Notes under the pieces: model-generated | Seen by the model: the letters and a program-made list of their open reading frames with translations, nothing else | Databases searched by the model: none | What the model was told of the DNA's origin: nothing | Assembly (NCBI GenBank): GCA_963796055.1 | Contig: CAWCKH010000004.1 | Span: forward strand, 3,072,001 to 3,136,000 | Reading direction: 5' to 3' | Source of the DNA: an uncultured delta proteobacterium | Lineage (GTDB): Bacteria; Myxococcota; Myxococcia; Myxococcales; Myxococcaceae | DNA: 64,000 bases | Shown: piece after piece, positions 1 through 14,234 of the stretch | Layout: each line of letters opens with the position of its first letter | How positions within the stretch are numbered: position 1 is the stretch's first letter | Position numbers and translations under genes: made by a program

Positions 1-149
1 GAGAAGCGGCGGGGTTGGCTTCCTGCCGCCTCGGAGCGCGCACAGGCGCACATGGAGGAAAGAATCCCTGCGGCTGCCCAGAACCAGCCCGCGGGTGCCC
101 GCTTTCGTCTGCGCTTCATGCGTCACCTCTCGATGGGAGCTGGGCCGAT

Positions 150-884
150 TCAGTAGAGGTAGACCGCACCAGCGGAGCTCGCGGCGTTGTTGGCCGCGCT
201 GTTGCTGTTGATTCCCGGAGTCGACCCGTCCTCGCCCTGGGCGCCGACGGCGATGGTCTCTCCGCTAGTGCCGTGCGCGACGGAGACGCCGAACTGGTCG
301 TACGCGTCCGGGGCCGGGCTCTTGAGGTAGGCGGTCTGGACCCAGGCTCGGGTCGAGTCGGGGACGAAGAGGTACGCCGCGCCGCTGTTGATGCTCCCGG
401 TGCTCCCCGGGACTCCCGTCACGCCGTTCCGGACGAACACCCGGACCACGCCCTCGTCGCTGGAGTCTCCGAACGCCCCGACGGCGAGAGTGTCTCCATT
501 GGTGCTCAGGGCGATCGATCGGCCGAACTGAGCGTTGCTGCCGACGGTTGCCGCCTTCACGTAGCCGATCGCGTCACGGCTGGCCGAAGGGGTGAGGCTG
601 GCGGATGAGGAGCACCCGGCGACGTTGCACGCGTCGACCCTGAAGAGCACCAGACCCCAGTTCAGCTTGTGGACCGAGATCGGCACGTTGACGTTCATCC
701 GGGTGAGAGCGCCCGGGGGTTGGGGCAGATCGCTTCCGAGCTTGAGGAATCCGCTGCTTCCGGTCGCCAGCGTCGGATTCGGAGGCGCCGGCTGCGCGAG
801 CGCCGCCGCGCTGGTCAGGAAGAGACCGAGAAACGGTGTGACACATGCGCTCCGACAACGTCGGGCGACGGGGGTGTTCCACAT
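150..884 (-). CDS. FG-GAP/integrin-alpha repeat secreted protein, apparently internally deleted
   Basis: Motifs FGRSIALSTNGDTLAVGA, SGAAYLF, DQFGVSVA, AGAVYLY; hydrophobic N-terminal stretch; few repeats; start uncertain. Confidence 0.65.
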   Translation of the reverse strand: MWNTPVARRCRSACVTPFLGLFLTSAAALAQPAPPNPTLATGSSGFLKLGSDLPQPPGALTRMNVNVPISVHKLNWGLVLFRVDACNVAGCSSSASLTPSASRDAIGYVKAATVGSNAQFGRSIALSTNGDTLAVGAFGDSSDEGVVRVFVRNGVTGVPGSTGSINSGAAYLFVPDSTRAWVQTAYLKSPAPDAYDQFGVSVAHGTSGETIAVGAQGEDGSTPGINSNSAANNAASSAGAVYLY

Positions 885-1006
885 GGGGGCGTGTCCTCCG
901 AGTCTGAAGCGAGGACGGAAACCGCGAAGGAATCCGGACACGGGACGGTCCGCTCTCCCCGGGCCGCCCTGCACGGTGCTTCAGCGCAGATCGGGGGTGA
1001 GCGTCG

Positions 1007-3892
<2,886 letters not shown>

Positions 3893-3930
3893 CGGGCTCC
3901 CCTTGACGCTGGAGCTTGCGGGTCCGCACT

Positions 3931-4491
3931 CTAGGACTTCAGCGCGGCGGCCAGCCAGAGGCGGGCCTTCTCCCAGTCGCGACGGACGGTCCGGTCGGTG
4001 ACGCCGAGCGCCTCCGCGGTCTCGGGCTCGGAGAGGCCTCCGAAGTAGCGGAGCTCGACCACCTCGGCCATCCGGGCATCCCGGCTGGCCAGCCCCTCCA
4101 GCGCCCGGTGCACGGTGAGGATCTCCTCCGGGCCCTGCGCAGGCATCGCCTCGCTCCCGAGGAGAGGGAGGCTGGGCGCGCCGCCGCCGCGGCGCGCCGC
4201 CCTCCGTTCCCGGGCGAAGTCGACGATGATGGTGCGCATCGCGCGCGCGGCGTAGCGCATGAAGTGGCGCCGGTCCTCGATGTGCAACCGGTGGGTCCGG
4301 GCGAAGCGGAGAAACCACTCGTGGACCAGTGCAGTCGTGTCGAGGAGGGTGTTGCGGCGACCCGAGCCGAGCCGGACGTGGGCGATGTACCGCAGCTCGT
4401 CGTAGGTCGCCCGGAAGAGAGCCTCGGCCGCCGCGGTGTCACCGGCCTGGGCGCGTCCCAGGAGCTCGGTCAATTCCACCCCGTCATCCAT
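3931..4491 (-). CDS. ECF sigma factor, STK-associated (TIGR02999-like)
   Basis: TTALVHE, VVELRYFGGLS, TVRRDWEKARLWL; directly upstream of the kinase. Confidence 0.92.
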   Translation of the reverse strand: MDDGVELTELLGRAQAGDTAAAEALFRATYDELRYIAHVRLGSGRRNTLLDTTALVHEWFLRFARTHRLHIEDRRHFMRYAARAMRTIIVDFARERRAARRGGGAPSLPLLGSEAMPAQGPEEILTVHRALEGLASRDARMAEVVELRYFGGLSEPETAEALGVTDRTVRRDWEKARLWLAAALKS

Positions 4492-4646
4492 CCGCCCGCG
4501 CCCCCGAAGACAATCCGGTGGCAATGTACCAGTCCGGTGCTCCAGAGAAACCCCGGGGAGGGTCCGGGACCTGTGCCGACGACGTTCCCGTCGACCAGAG
4601 CGCCTAGCGTCCGCGCGCCATGAGGACGCTCAGCCGATTGGCCGGG

Positions 4647-5062
4647 TCAGCTCCGGGGGGTTCTCGCCACGGCGAGCAACCGCTCCCGGAGTCGCGCGCC
4701 GGCGACATGGAGGAACGCCTCGCGGAGCAGCTTCGCCACCAGCTCCCAGTCGGGCCGGGTGTCGAGCACCACGCCGATCCACCCCGCAGGGCCGACGTAC
4801 GGCGGACGAAAGCAGCGTGCCGGGTCGAGGGCCACCAGCGACTCCTGGACCCCCGGAGGCACCGGCAGCCACACCGAGAGGTGCTTCGCGCCGTGGTGGT
4901 GGTTGTCGAGCATGGCGAAGACCTTGCCCTTGCCCGCGAACCAGGTGGGTTCTCCGTGGGAGCGCTTCTCCAGCGCGTCGGGGAACGCGAGGCACAACGC
5001 CCGGAGCCTGGCCACTGCCGCCGCGTCGCGCCGCGCGACCGGACGCACCGGATGCCCGGCTG

Positions 5063-5066
<4 letters not shown>
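4647..5066 (-). CDS. MmcQ/YjbR family protein
   Basis: LCLAFPDALEKRSHGEPTWF, RPPYVGPAGWIGV; GTG start overlaps speA stop. Confidence 0.8.
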
Positions 5067-7054
<1,988 letters not shown>

Positions 7055-7183
7055 CGTGAAGTCAGGACCTCCGGGGGGCGGCCCCCGTCTTGCATTCCTT
7101 CACGGGGAGTCCGCGCACAATAGAGAAACACACGGGCCCGTCAACTCCGCTCCCAGGGGAACGGGGAAACATGGATGTGACGC

Positions 7184-7651
7184 TCAGCTCTCCCGGATCG
7201 CCTCGAGCACCTGGTCCACGTGCCCGTCCACCTTCACCTTGGGCCACACCCGGGCCACCTTCCCCGAGCCGTCGATGAGGAAGGTGGAGCGGGTGATGCC
7301 CATGAACTTCCGCCCGTAGAGCGACTTCTCGCCCCACGCTCCGTACTTCTCGGAGACCGAGTGATCGGCGTCGGCGAGGAGGGGAAAGGGAAGCTTGTAC
7401 TTCCCTGCAAACTTCGCGTGGCTCGCCTCCGAGTCCGGGCTGATGCCCAGCACCACCGCCCCCGCCTTCAGCAGCGCCGAGTGCTCGTCCCGGAAGGCGC
7501 ACGCCTCCCGGGTACAGCCCGGGGTGTCGTCCTTCGGGTAGAAGTACAGGACGACCTTCTTGCCCTTGAAGTCGGAGAGCTTCACCGTCTTCCCGGACTG
7601 GTCCTCGAGGCTGAACGCGGGGGCCTTGTCGCCGACGTCGGGCATCGCCAT
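7184..7651 (-). CDS. bcp: Thioredoxin-dependent thiol peroxidase (BCP/PrxQ)
   Basis: [23 protein letters not shown]. Confidence 0.95.
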   Translation of the reverse strand: MAMPDVGDKAPAFSLEDQSGKTVKLSDFKGKKVVLYFYPKDDTPGCTREACAFRDEHSALLKAGAVVLGISPDSEASHAKFAGKYKLPFPLLADADHSVSEKYGAWGEKSLYGRKFMGITRSTFLIDGSGKVARVWPKVKVDGHVDQVLEAIRES

Positions 7652-7658
7652 GGGGCGC

Positions 7659-8459
7659 TCACTTAACCCGCGGTGGCCGGGGGGCAACCGGATTCGTGGG
7701 GCCGCGCTGTTGCACCTGCTCCACCACCTCCCGGAGCCTGGCCAGCTGCGCCAGCGCCTCCGGGTCCTCCAGCAACCGGTGGACCGACGTGTTCCGCAGA
7801 AGCGCCACCGTGTCCCCGTCGTCCAGGGCCTTCTTCACCTCGGGGTCGGCGAATACCGCCCGAAAGTGGGCGTTCCTCTGCAGCGCGCCCACCGCCGGGT
7901 TCTCCGCCACCTGCTGGAACAGCTCCGGGGAGCGGAAGACTTGTTGCGCCGCCGCCAGGTCCGCCGCCCTGGAGAAGAAGGGCGCCGAGAACAGGTTCCA
8001 CCGCCGGGCGATGGCGAAGGCGGTCGAGTCCTTCGGCGACAGCCCGAGCCCCTTGCCGGCGACCTGGACGTTTGCCTCCACGAAGGCCAGCGCCGACAGC
8101 GCCACCCAGGCCACCGCGACCACCTTGCTGCCGCCCAGGAGCGCGCCCAGGGCCCGGTCGGTCCCCCGCTCGGCCGGGTCGCTCCCCCCCAGCACCCCCT
8201 GGAGCAGCAGGGTGCCCACCAGCCGCACCACCACCGCGACCACGATGAAGGTGGCGAAGCTCGCCGCGACCGAGCCCAGGGCCTCCGAGGTGTGGAAGAA
8301 CCTTCCAAACGTCGCGCCGAGCAGCGCGCCTCCCGGGCGGGCGGCGAGGGCGGCCAGGACCAGAGCGCCCCAGCTGGCGAGCTGGCGGGAGGCGCCGGCC
8401 CGGGCGCCGAACACCGCCCCCACCGCCACCAGCGCGAGCACCACCAGGTCGACGGTCAT
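7659..8459 (-). CDS. CvpA (colicin V production) family membrane protein
   Basis: Four TM segments, DRALGALLG motif; ATG overlaps stop of the upstream J-domain gene. Confidence 0.8.
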   Translation of the reverse strand: MTVDLVVLALVAVGAVFGARAGASRQLASWGALVLAALAARPGGALLGATFGRFFHTSEALGSVAASFATFIVVAVVVRLVGTLLLQGVLGGSDPAERGTDRALGALLGGSKVVAVAWVALSALAFVEANVQVAGKGLGLSPKDSTAFAIARRWNLFSAPFFSRAADLAAAQQVFRSPELFQQVAENPAVGALQRNAHFRAVFADPEVKKALDDGDTVALLRNTSVHRLLEDPEALAQLARLREVVEQVQQRGPTNPVAPRPPRVK

Positions 8460-9856
8460 GTGATCTTGAAGGTCTCGCTCCGGTGTTGCTCGTACAGCTG
8501 GTTCTGCACCAGGGTGAGCTTTTCCTTGTAGAGGGCGTTCTCTCGCTCGTAGGTGAGCGCCATCTTGAGGTCGCGTTCGGCAGCGACGAGGTTGCCCTTC
8601 TCCAGCTCGGCCATCGCGGTCTGGAATAGCTGCCGCGCCCTGGGGTTGATGCCGATCTGCTCGGCGGCCTGCTGCTTCACCGCCGCCTTCGTCTCCTGCT
8701 CGGCCAGCTCGTCGAACCGCAGCTTCCGGGCGCGGTCCGGACCGCTGACGTCGGCCAGGTACTTGCGCCGGCGCACGTCGTCGCGCAGCACGTAGTACGC
8801 CTCGGTGACCCGCTTGTAGACCTCGTGGACCTGCGTCTTGAACGCCTCGTCGGTGAGGTGGAAGAAGCGGTCCGGGTGGTAGGCGCGGCTCTCCCGGTAG
8901 AAGGCCCGCTTCACCTCGGGCGCGCTCGCGGTGGTGGGCACGCCGAGCAGCTCGAAGTAGTCCAGGGCGTCCAGCCGCTCGGCCTTCCATGCCAGCCGGG
9001 CCTCGGGGTCCGCCGGCGCCGCAGGAGCGCGGGAGACCGGGGCCACGGGTGGAACCAGCGGCGCGACCCGGACGTCGAGCGGAGGCAGTGGCCCGGCCTC
9101 CACCGGCGGCAGCGGAGGCATCACCGGGATGCCGAGGCTCGTCTCGCTCATCGGATCCCGGGTCGGCCGGCGCGGGACGCGGGGAGCCTGGGCAGCCGGC
9201 TGGGCGCGGGCCGCCGCCTCCGTCACCGGGGCGAGCGGGGGTATGAGCGGTGCGATCCGCACGCCCAGCGAGGGAAGGGGCGGGTTCGCGGGCGCGTTGG
9301 GCGCAGGCCGGAACACCCGCGCCGGTACCACCCCTGGCTGAGGCGGCGGACCACCAGCCCGCGCCTGCTCGGTGAGGAACTCACCGGTGGGCGAGCCGAG
9401 CGGGGCGGCGCGCGGCGCTGGAGCCGCGGGCTGCTCGCGCGTGGGAGGGCGTGGTGCCGCCGAAGCCGGGGCGGCTCCGGCCGCTGCCCGCCGAGCGCCC
9501 GGAAGCGAGGCGCCGGTCGGGCTCCGGGCCGGCGCACCGCCACCCGGGGTCGGCACCCGTGGGCTCTGGGAGGCCGGGCGCGTCCTCGGAGGCACTGGGG
9601 ACGTCGGCCCGGGAGCGGGGCTGGCCCCGGGGGGCAGCGCATGCACCGGCGCGACGGGCGGCGGGGTGGAGGGAAAGGGCGCGTCGAGGACCGGTACCCC
9701 CGGGGCCTCCGTCCGGAACGAGCCGGTGGTCTCGAACGCAGCGTCCTCCACCTCGGCCGGCTCCACCGGGGCCAGGGGCTGGGTGGTGGTCGGACGCAGC
9801 GGCCCGCCCGGGGTCACCGGGGGAACGGAGCCCGGCTTGTCGGAGGGGTCACTCAC
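8456..9856 (-). CDS. J-domain protein with long Pro/Ala-rich N-terminus and C-terminal TPR-like region
   Basis: DYFELLGV, YHPDRF, EAYYVLRD; downstream of Hsp70. Confidence 0.88.
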   Translation of the reverse strand: MSDPSDKPGSVPPVTPGGPLRPTTTQPLAPVEPAEVEDAAFETTGSFRTEAPGVPVLDAPFPSTPPPVAPVHALPPGASPAPGPTSPVPPRTRPASQSPRVPTPGGGAPARSPTGASLPGARRAAAGAAPASAAPRPPTREQPAAPAPRAAPLGSPTGEFLTEQARAGGPPPQPGVVPARVFRPAPNAPANPPLPSLGVRIAPLIPPLAPVTEAAARAQPAAQAPRVPRRPTRDPMSETSLGIPVMPPLPPVEAGPLPPLDVRVAPLVPPVAPVSRAPAAPADPEARLAWKAERLDALDYFELLGVPTTASAPEVKRAFYRESRAYHPDRFFHLTDEAFKTQVHEVYKRVTEAYYVLRDDVRRRKYLADVSGPDRARKLRFDELAEQETKAAVKQQAAEQIGINPRARQLFQTAMAELEKGNLVAAERDLKMALTYERENALYKEKLTLVQNQLYEQHRSETFKIT

Positions 9857-9866
9857 GGACGCTCGC

Positions 9867-11513
9867 TCATCCCTCCAGGGAGCTCGGCAGCTCGGGCAGG
9901 ACGTCGCGCGAGGTGCCGGGCGGGATCGGGTGCACCATGCCGCGGGCCAGCCGCGTCTGGCGGTTCAGCTGGATGGACCGCTGGATGTCGGTCTCGCTCA
10001 GGCCCGAGGAGAGGGAGATGGTGGTGGACGTCTTCTGGCCGGTCTCGACGTCGGCGGCCGAGACGTTCACGATGCCGTCGGTGTTGATCTCGAAGGTGAC
10101 CTCGATCTTCACCTCGCCGCGGTAGCCCACCCGGAAGCCGGCGAACTCGAACTCCCCCAGCATCTCGCACTCGTCCGCCCGGTTCGACTCGCCCTGGTAG
10201 ACGCGGATCTTCACCCGCTCCTGCCCATCCCGGCTGGTGGTGAAGGTCTTGCTCCGGTCGATGGGCACCGGGGTGTTCTTCTCGATGATCCGCTCGGTGA
10301 AGCCGCCCACCGTGCCGATGCGGAGGGTGAGCGGGGTGACGTCGACCAGGAAGGTCTCGGTCTTGGCGTCCATCAGGGCGTGGGCCTGGAGCGCCGCGCC
10401 CATCGCCACCACCTGGTCCGGGTTGATGCCCTCCAGGGGCTCCTTCTGGAAGTAGTGGCGGACCGAGCTCTGGACGATGGGCAGCCGGGTCGGCCCGCCC
10501 ACCAGGATGACCGCGTCCACGTTCGCCGCGGTGAGCCGCGCGCTCTGCAGCGCCTCGTCGCAGACCTTGAAGGTGCGCTGGACCAGATCCATCACCATCC
10601 GGTTGAACTGGTCGGCGCTGAGCGTCGCCTGGAGGTCCATCACGTGCCCGGAGGCGTCCTGGCAGATGTGCTGGCAGAGGATCTCCGCGGTGCCGTTCTG
10701 CCCCACGTCGATCTTCGCCTGCTCCGCGGCCTCCTTCAGCATCTGCAGGCAGTACTTGGACTGGCGGAGATCGAGCCGGGTGCGGGCGAGGAAGTCGTCC
10801 GCGAGCCAGGTCATGATCCGGTCGTCGAAGTCGTCGCCGCCCAGGTAGGTGTCGCCGGCGGTGGAGAGCACCTCGAACACGTCCTTGCCGATTTCCAGGA
10901 TCGAGACGTCGAAGGTGCCGCCGCCCAGGTCGTAGATCGCCACCCGCTGGTTGACGTCGCGCCCGAAGCCGTAGGCCAGTGCCGCGGCCGTGGGCTCGTT
11001 CAGGATGCGCAGCACGTTGAGGCCGGCGATGCGCCCCGCGTCCTTGGTCGCCTGGCGCTGGTTGTCGTTGAAGTACGCCGGGACGGTGATGACTGCCTTG
11101 CTGACCGGCCGGCCGAGGTACTGCTCGGCGATGGCCTTCATCTCCTTGAGCACCAGGGCGGAGATCTCGGGCAGGGAATAGAGCTGGTCGCGCACCTGGA
11201 TGCGCACCGAGTTGTTCTCGCCCTCGACGATGCGGTACGGCATGACCGCCATCGCCTTCTTCACCTCGTCGGAGAAGAAGTAGCGGCCGATCAAGCGCTT
11301 GGCCGAGTACACGGTGCTCTCGGCGCGGGTGATGATGTTGCGCTTGGCGGTGTTGCCCACCAGCACCGTCCCGTCCTCGAGGAACGAGACCACCGAGGCA
11401 TGGTTGACCTCTCCCCACTCGTTGGGGAGGACCACCGGCTCACCGTTCTCGACAATGGACACGCAGGAATACGACGTCCCGAGGTCGATGCCGATCGCGA
11501 TGTCATCCGCCAT
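9867..11513 (-). CDS. Hsp70 family protein (DnaK paralogue, short C-terminus)
   Basis: [52 protein letters not shown]. Confidence 0.95.
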   Translation of the reverse strand: MADDIAIGIDLGTSYSCVSIVENGEPVVLPNEWGEVNHASVVSFLEDGTVLVGNTAKRNIITRAESTVYSAKRLIGRYFFSDEVKKAMAVMPYRIVEGENNSVRIQVRDQLYSLPEISALVLKEMKAIAEQYLGRPVSKAVITVPAYFNDNQRQATKDAGRIAGLNVLRILNEPTAAALAYGFGRDVNQRVAIYDLGGGTFDVSILEIGKDVFEVLSTAGDTYLGGDDFDDRIMTWLADDFLARTRLDLRQSKYCLQMLKEAAEQAKIDVGQNGTAEILCQHICQDASGHVMDLQATLSADQFNRMVMDLVQRTFKVCDEALQSARLTAANVDAVILVGGPTRLPIVQSSVRHYFQKEPLEGINPDQVVAMGAALQAHALMDAKTETFLVDVTPLTLRIGTVGGFTERIIEKNTPVPIDRSKTFTTSRDGQERVKIRVYQGESNRADECEMLGEFEFAGFRVGYRGEVKIEVTFEINTDGIVNVSAADVETGQKTSTTISLSSGLSETDIQRSIQLNRQTRLARGMVHPIPPGTSRDVLPELPSSLEG

Positions 11514-11640
11514 GCACTCTCCTGTTCCAGGCCTGACGCGAGGCCGGGCATCGGGCGCACGGGCGGGCAGCCACCCGTGGCCCCCCGGTTCGCGGCGGAC
11601 TCGGATGTTACCTTCTATGCTGGAGGCACGACGGAACCAG

Positions 11641-12465
11641 ATGGGCGGAAGCTTCGGTATTCTCACCTCGCACCCGGACCTCCTCGGGTGCCAGCTCCTC
11701 CGGCTCGACGCACAGGTCCAGCTGGGCAACAGCACACACTCGACCACCCTGGTGGGGCTCGGCGCCGTGTCCGCGGGCGAGACCCTCCTGCGCCGCTGGG
11801 CGGCCCGGGTGGCCCCGCGCTCGCTCGCCGATCCGGAGCTCGCCGCTCCGGCCTCGGCGCTGCTCCTCCGCGGGCAGACGTTCGGACCGGGGGCCTCGCT
11901 CGACGAGGACGTCCAGCCGCTCCGGCACGGCAGCTGGATCTTCTCTTGCGAGGGGGAGCTGGAGGCCTTCCCCCGCGTTCAGGCCTGGCTCGATGCGGAG
12001 CTGCCGCCGCACCTGGTCCGCGCGGTGGGGACGCGCACCGTGGCCGCGGCGAGCTTCGCCCTCTTCCTCGGGGGGCTGCCTCCGGCGGACCAGAACCGAC
12101 CGCTCGCGGCGCGAGACGGCGCGCGGATGCTGGGGCAGGTGGCCCGGGTCCTCGCCCACCGCTCGGCCGCGGAGGGGGCCGCGCGCGCCGCCCGTCTGCT
12201 GATGATGGCCACCGACGGAAGGGTGCTGCTCGCGGCTCGCACCGGCGACCTGCCGGCGCAGATGCGCCTGCTGGAGGGCGAGGGCCGGTGCCGGCGGTGC
12301 GGAGTGGACGAGCACTCCAAGTCGCGGGCCCTGGTCCGGGCCCACCTCCGCTCCCGCTCGGTGGCCGTCACCTCCGTCCCCCTCGGGCCAGGGGCGCACT
12401 GGCTGCCGATCCCGGACGGCGGAGCGCTCGGGGTGGGGCCGAGCCTCGAGCCAGAGCTGCTCTGA
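11641..12465 (+). CDS. Class II glutamine amidotransferase-like (Ntn fold) protein, degenerate
   Basis: [36 protein letters not shown] resemble GATase-II/EgtC; no N-terminal Cys. Confidence 0.55.
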   Translation: MGGSFGILTSHPDLLGCQLLRLDAQVQLGNSTHSTTLVGLGAVSAGETLLRRWAARVAPRSLADPELAAPASALLLRGQTFGPGASLDEDVQPLRHGSWIFSCEGELEAFPRVQAWLDAELPPHLVRAVGTRTVAAASFALFLGGLPPADQNRPLAARDGARMLGQVARVLAHRSAAEGAARAARLLMMATDGRVLLAARTGDLPAQMRLLEGEGRCRRCGVDEHSKSRALVRAHLRSRSVAVTSVPLGPGAHWLPIPDGGALGVGPSLEPELL

Positions 12466-12466
12466 C

Positions 12467-13162
12467 CTACCGGACCTCCCACAGGGGGCTGACCGAGGCA
12501 GCCACCACCTTCGACAGGATGTTGCACGCGGCGTGGAACAGGGTGCTGCCCACCACGGTCCCGGTGCGCTCCCGCAGCCAGCCGAAGAGCAACGCGGGGA
12601 AGAACACCGCCAGCCGGGACGCCTGGAAGATGGCGAGGTGCCCCACGGCGAAGAGCGCGGCGGTGAGGAGGAAGGCCGGACCCACCACCACCCCCGCGAC
12701 GCGCGCGCCGCCCGGCCACACGCGCTTCAGCCGCGCCTGCAGCCAGCCCCGGTAGAAGAACTCCTCGGGCAGCGCGGTCACGAAGACCTCGTCCACCACG
12801 TTGGTCCACCCGTAGCCCGGTGGCAGCCGGGGGCGAAAGGCGAGCCCCGGGGGGGGCCCCCCGGGCGCGCGGGCCAGCAGATGACCGAGCCACGCCTCGT
12901 ACCCGAGCACGAAGAGCGGGGCGACCACCGCGAACAGGCCGAGCGCGAGAAAGAGGTCAGTGCGCCAGCGGGCCAGGGTGACCCCGTAGTCGCGCGCGTC
13001 CTCCCCCGTCCCACGCATCGCCGCCAGCGGGAGGTAGAGGAAGGCCACCACCGCCGTCACCTTGGCCCAGGGCGGTGGCGCGAGCAGCGAGACCACCACG
13101 ATGGCCGCGAAGGCGACCGCCCAAAGCAGCAGCGCCTGCCGGAGGACGCGCTCCGGGCTCAC
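12467..13162 (-). CDS. CPBP glutamic-type intramembrane protease (myxosortase MrtX-like)
   Basis: LPEEFFYRG, LFAVGH, VFFPALLFGWLRERTG, FHAACN. Confidence 0.85.
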   Translation of the reverse strand: MSPERVLRQALLLWAVAFAAIVVVSLLAPPPWAKVTAVVAFLYLPLAAMRGTGEDARDYGVTLARWRTDLFLALGLFAVVAPLFVLGYEAWLGHLLARAPGGPPPGLAFRPRLPPGYGWTNVVDEVFVTALPEEFFYRGWLQARLKRVWPGGARVAGVVVGPAFLLTAALFAVGHLAIFQASRLAVFFPALLFGWLRERTGTVVGSTLFHAACNILSKVVAASVSPLWEVR

Positions 13163-13737
13163 GGCGCACGCCCCAGCTGGGCCCGCACCGAGGAGAGCGC
13201 CGCCACCCGCGAGGAGGAGGCCCGGCGGGCGGTGACCACCCCCACCAGCCGCGCCTGAGGGTCCAGCACCGGGCTCCCCGGCGGCAGCCGCAGCGAGACC
13301 TCGAACCAGGCCCCGCCGCCCGCACCGCGCCTCACCTTCCCCAGCTGCGGCGACTTCCCGTCCTCGCCGATGCCCACCACCCACTCTCCGGGAAGGAGCG
13401 GTTCGAACCGGGCCGCCGGGGCCGGGAAGGGCCCCTCACCGTCGATGGCCAGCAGCACCAGGCCGAGCGAACTCAGCCGCTCCACCACCCGGGCCGTTCG
13501 CCGCGATTCGCCGAGCTCCACCAGCGCCGCCGTGCCGTGCACCAGGGCCTGCAGCGTGAGGACCTGTCCCTCGGCTCCCACCAGCACCCCGGGGCCGGTG
13601 CCGCTTCCCAGCACCCGGACCCACGCCCGCCCACCGGTCTCCGCGGCGCGGCGGAGCGCGCTCGAGGACGGGGGCGGCGACGCGGCCAACTCGCCGAAGG
13701 CGAGTGCCGTGAGCACGGCGACCAGCGGCGGGCTCAA
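13159..13737 (-). CDS. Secreted trypsin-fold protein, catalytic residues apparently lost
   Basis: Signal peptide; GPGVLV..GQVLT, PGSPVLD..LVGVV pattern of trypsin-2 domains. Confidence 0.55.
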   Translation of the reverse strand: MSPPLVAVLTALAFGELAASPPPSSSALRRAAETGGRAWVRVLGSGTGPGVLVGAEGQVLTLQALVHGTAALVELGESRRTARVVERLSSLGLVLLAIDGEGPFPAPAARFEPLLPGEWVVGIGEDGKSPQLGKVRRGAGGGAWFEVSLRLPPGSPVLDPQARLVGVVTARRASSSRVAALSSVRAQLGRAP

Positions 13738-14234
13738 TGCCGCAGCGCCTCGGCTTCCAGCCGGCGCCACACGCCCGACGAGGAGGCGAAGGTGAACAGC
13801 ACCTGCGCGGTCTGCAGCCGCGCTCCGTCGGACAGCCGGTGGGGGATGGCCTTCTCCATGCGCACCCCGTCCAGCCAGGTGCCGTTGGTGGACCCGGTGT
13901 CCTCCACCGTCCACGCATCGTCCGCTTGCCGGAAGACGAGGTGGACCTGGCTGACCGTCCCCTCCTCGATCACCAGGTCACAGGAAGGGCTCCGGCCGAG
14001 GGTGACCTGCGTGGCGTCGCGCACCACCGGCTCGAGCGCGATGGCCAGCGCCGAGCCCTCCAGGGGCGCGGCGACCGCGGCCGGCATGAGCAGGGTCTGG
14101 TTCCCGTCCGGGTGCGTGGCGTGCCAGGCGGTCGGCTCGCGCAGCAGCCACGGGTGCGGGTGGGCGCGGGCGAAGGCCGCCTCGTCGCGCAGGTCCAGCT
14201 CGGGCAGCAAGGTGGAGAGGAGGAAGCTCTTCAT
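13734..14234 (-). CDS. FHA domain protein
   Basis: LGRSPSCD, VSQVH, DTGSTNGT. Confidence 0.88.
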   Translation of the reverse strand: MKSFLLSTLLPELDLRDEAAFARAHPHPWLLREPTAWHATHPDGNQTLLMPAAVAAPLEGSALAIALEPVVRDATQVTLGRSPSCDLVIEEGTVSQVHLVFRQADDAWTVEDTGSTNGTWLDGVRMEKAIPHRLSDGARLQTAQVLFTFASSSGVWRRLEAEALRH

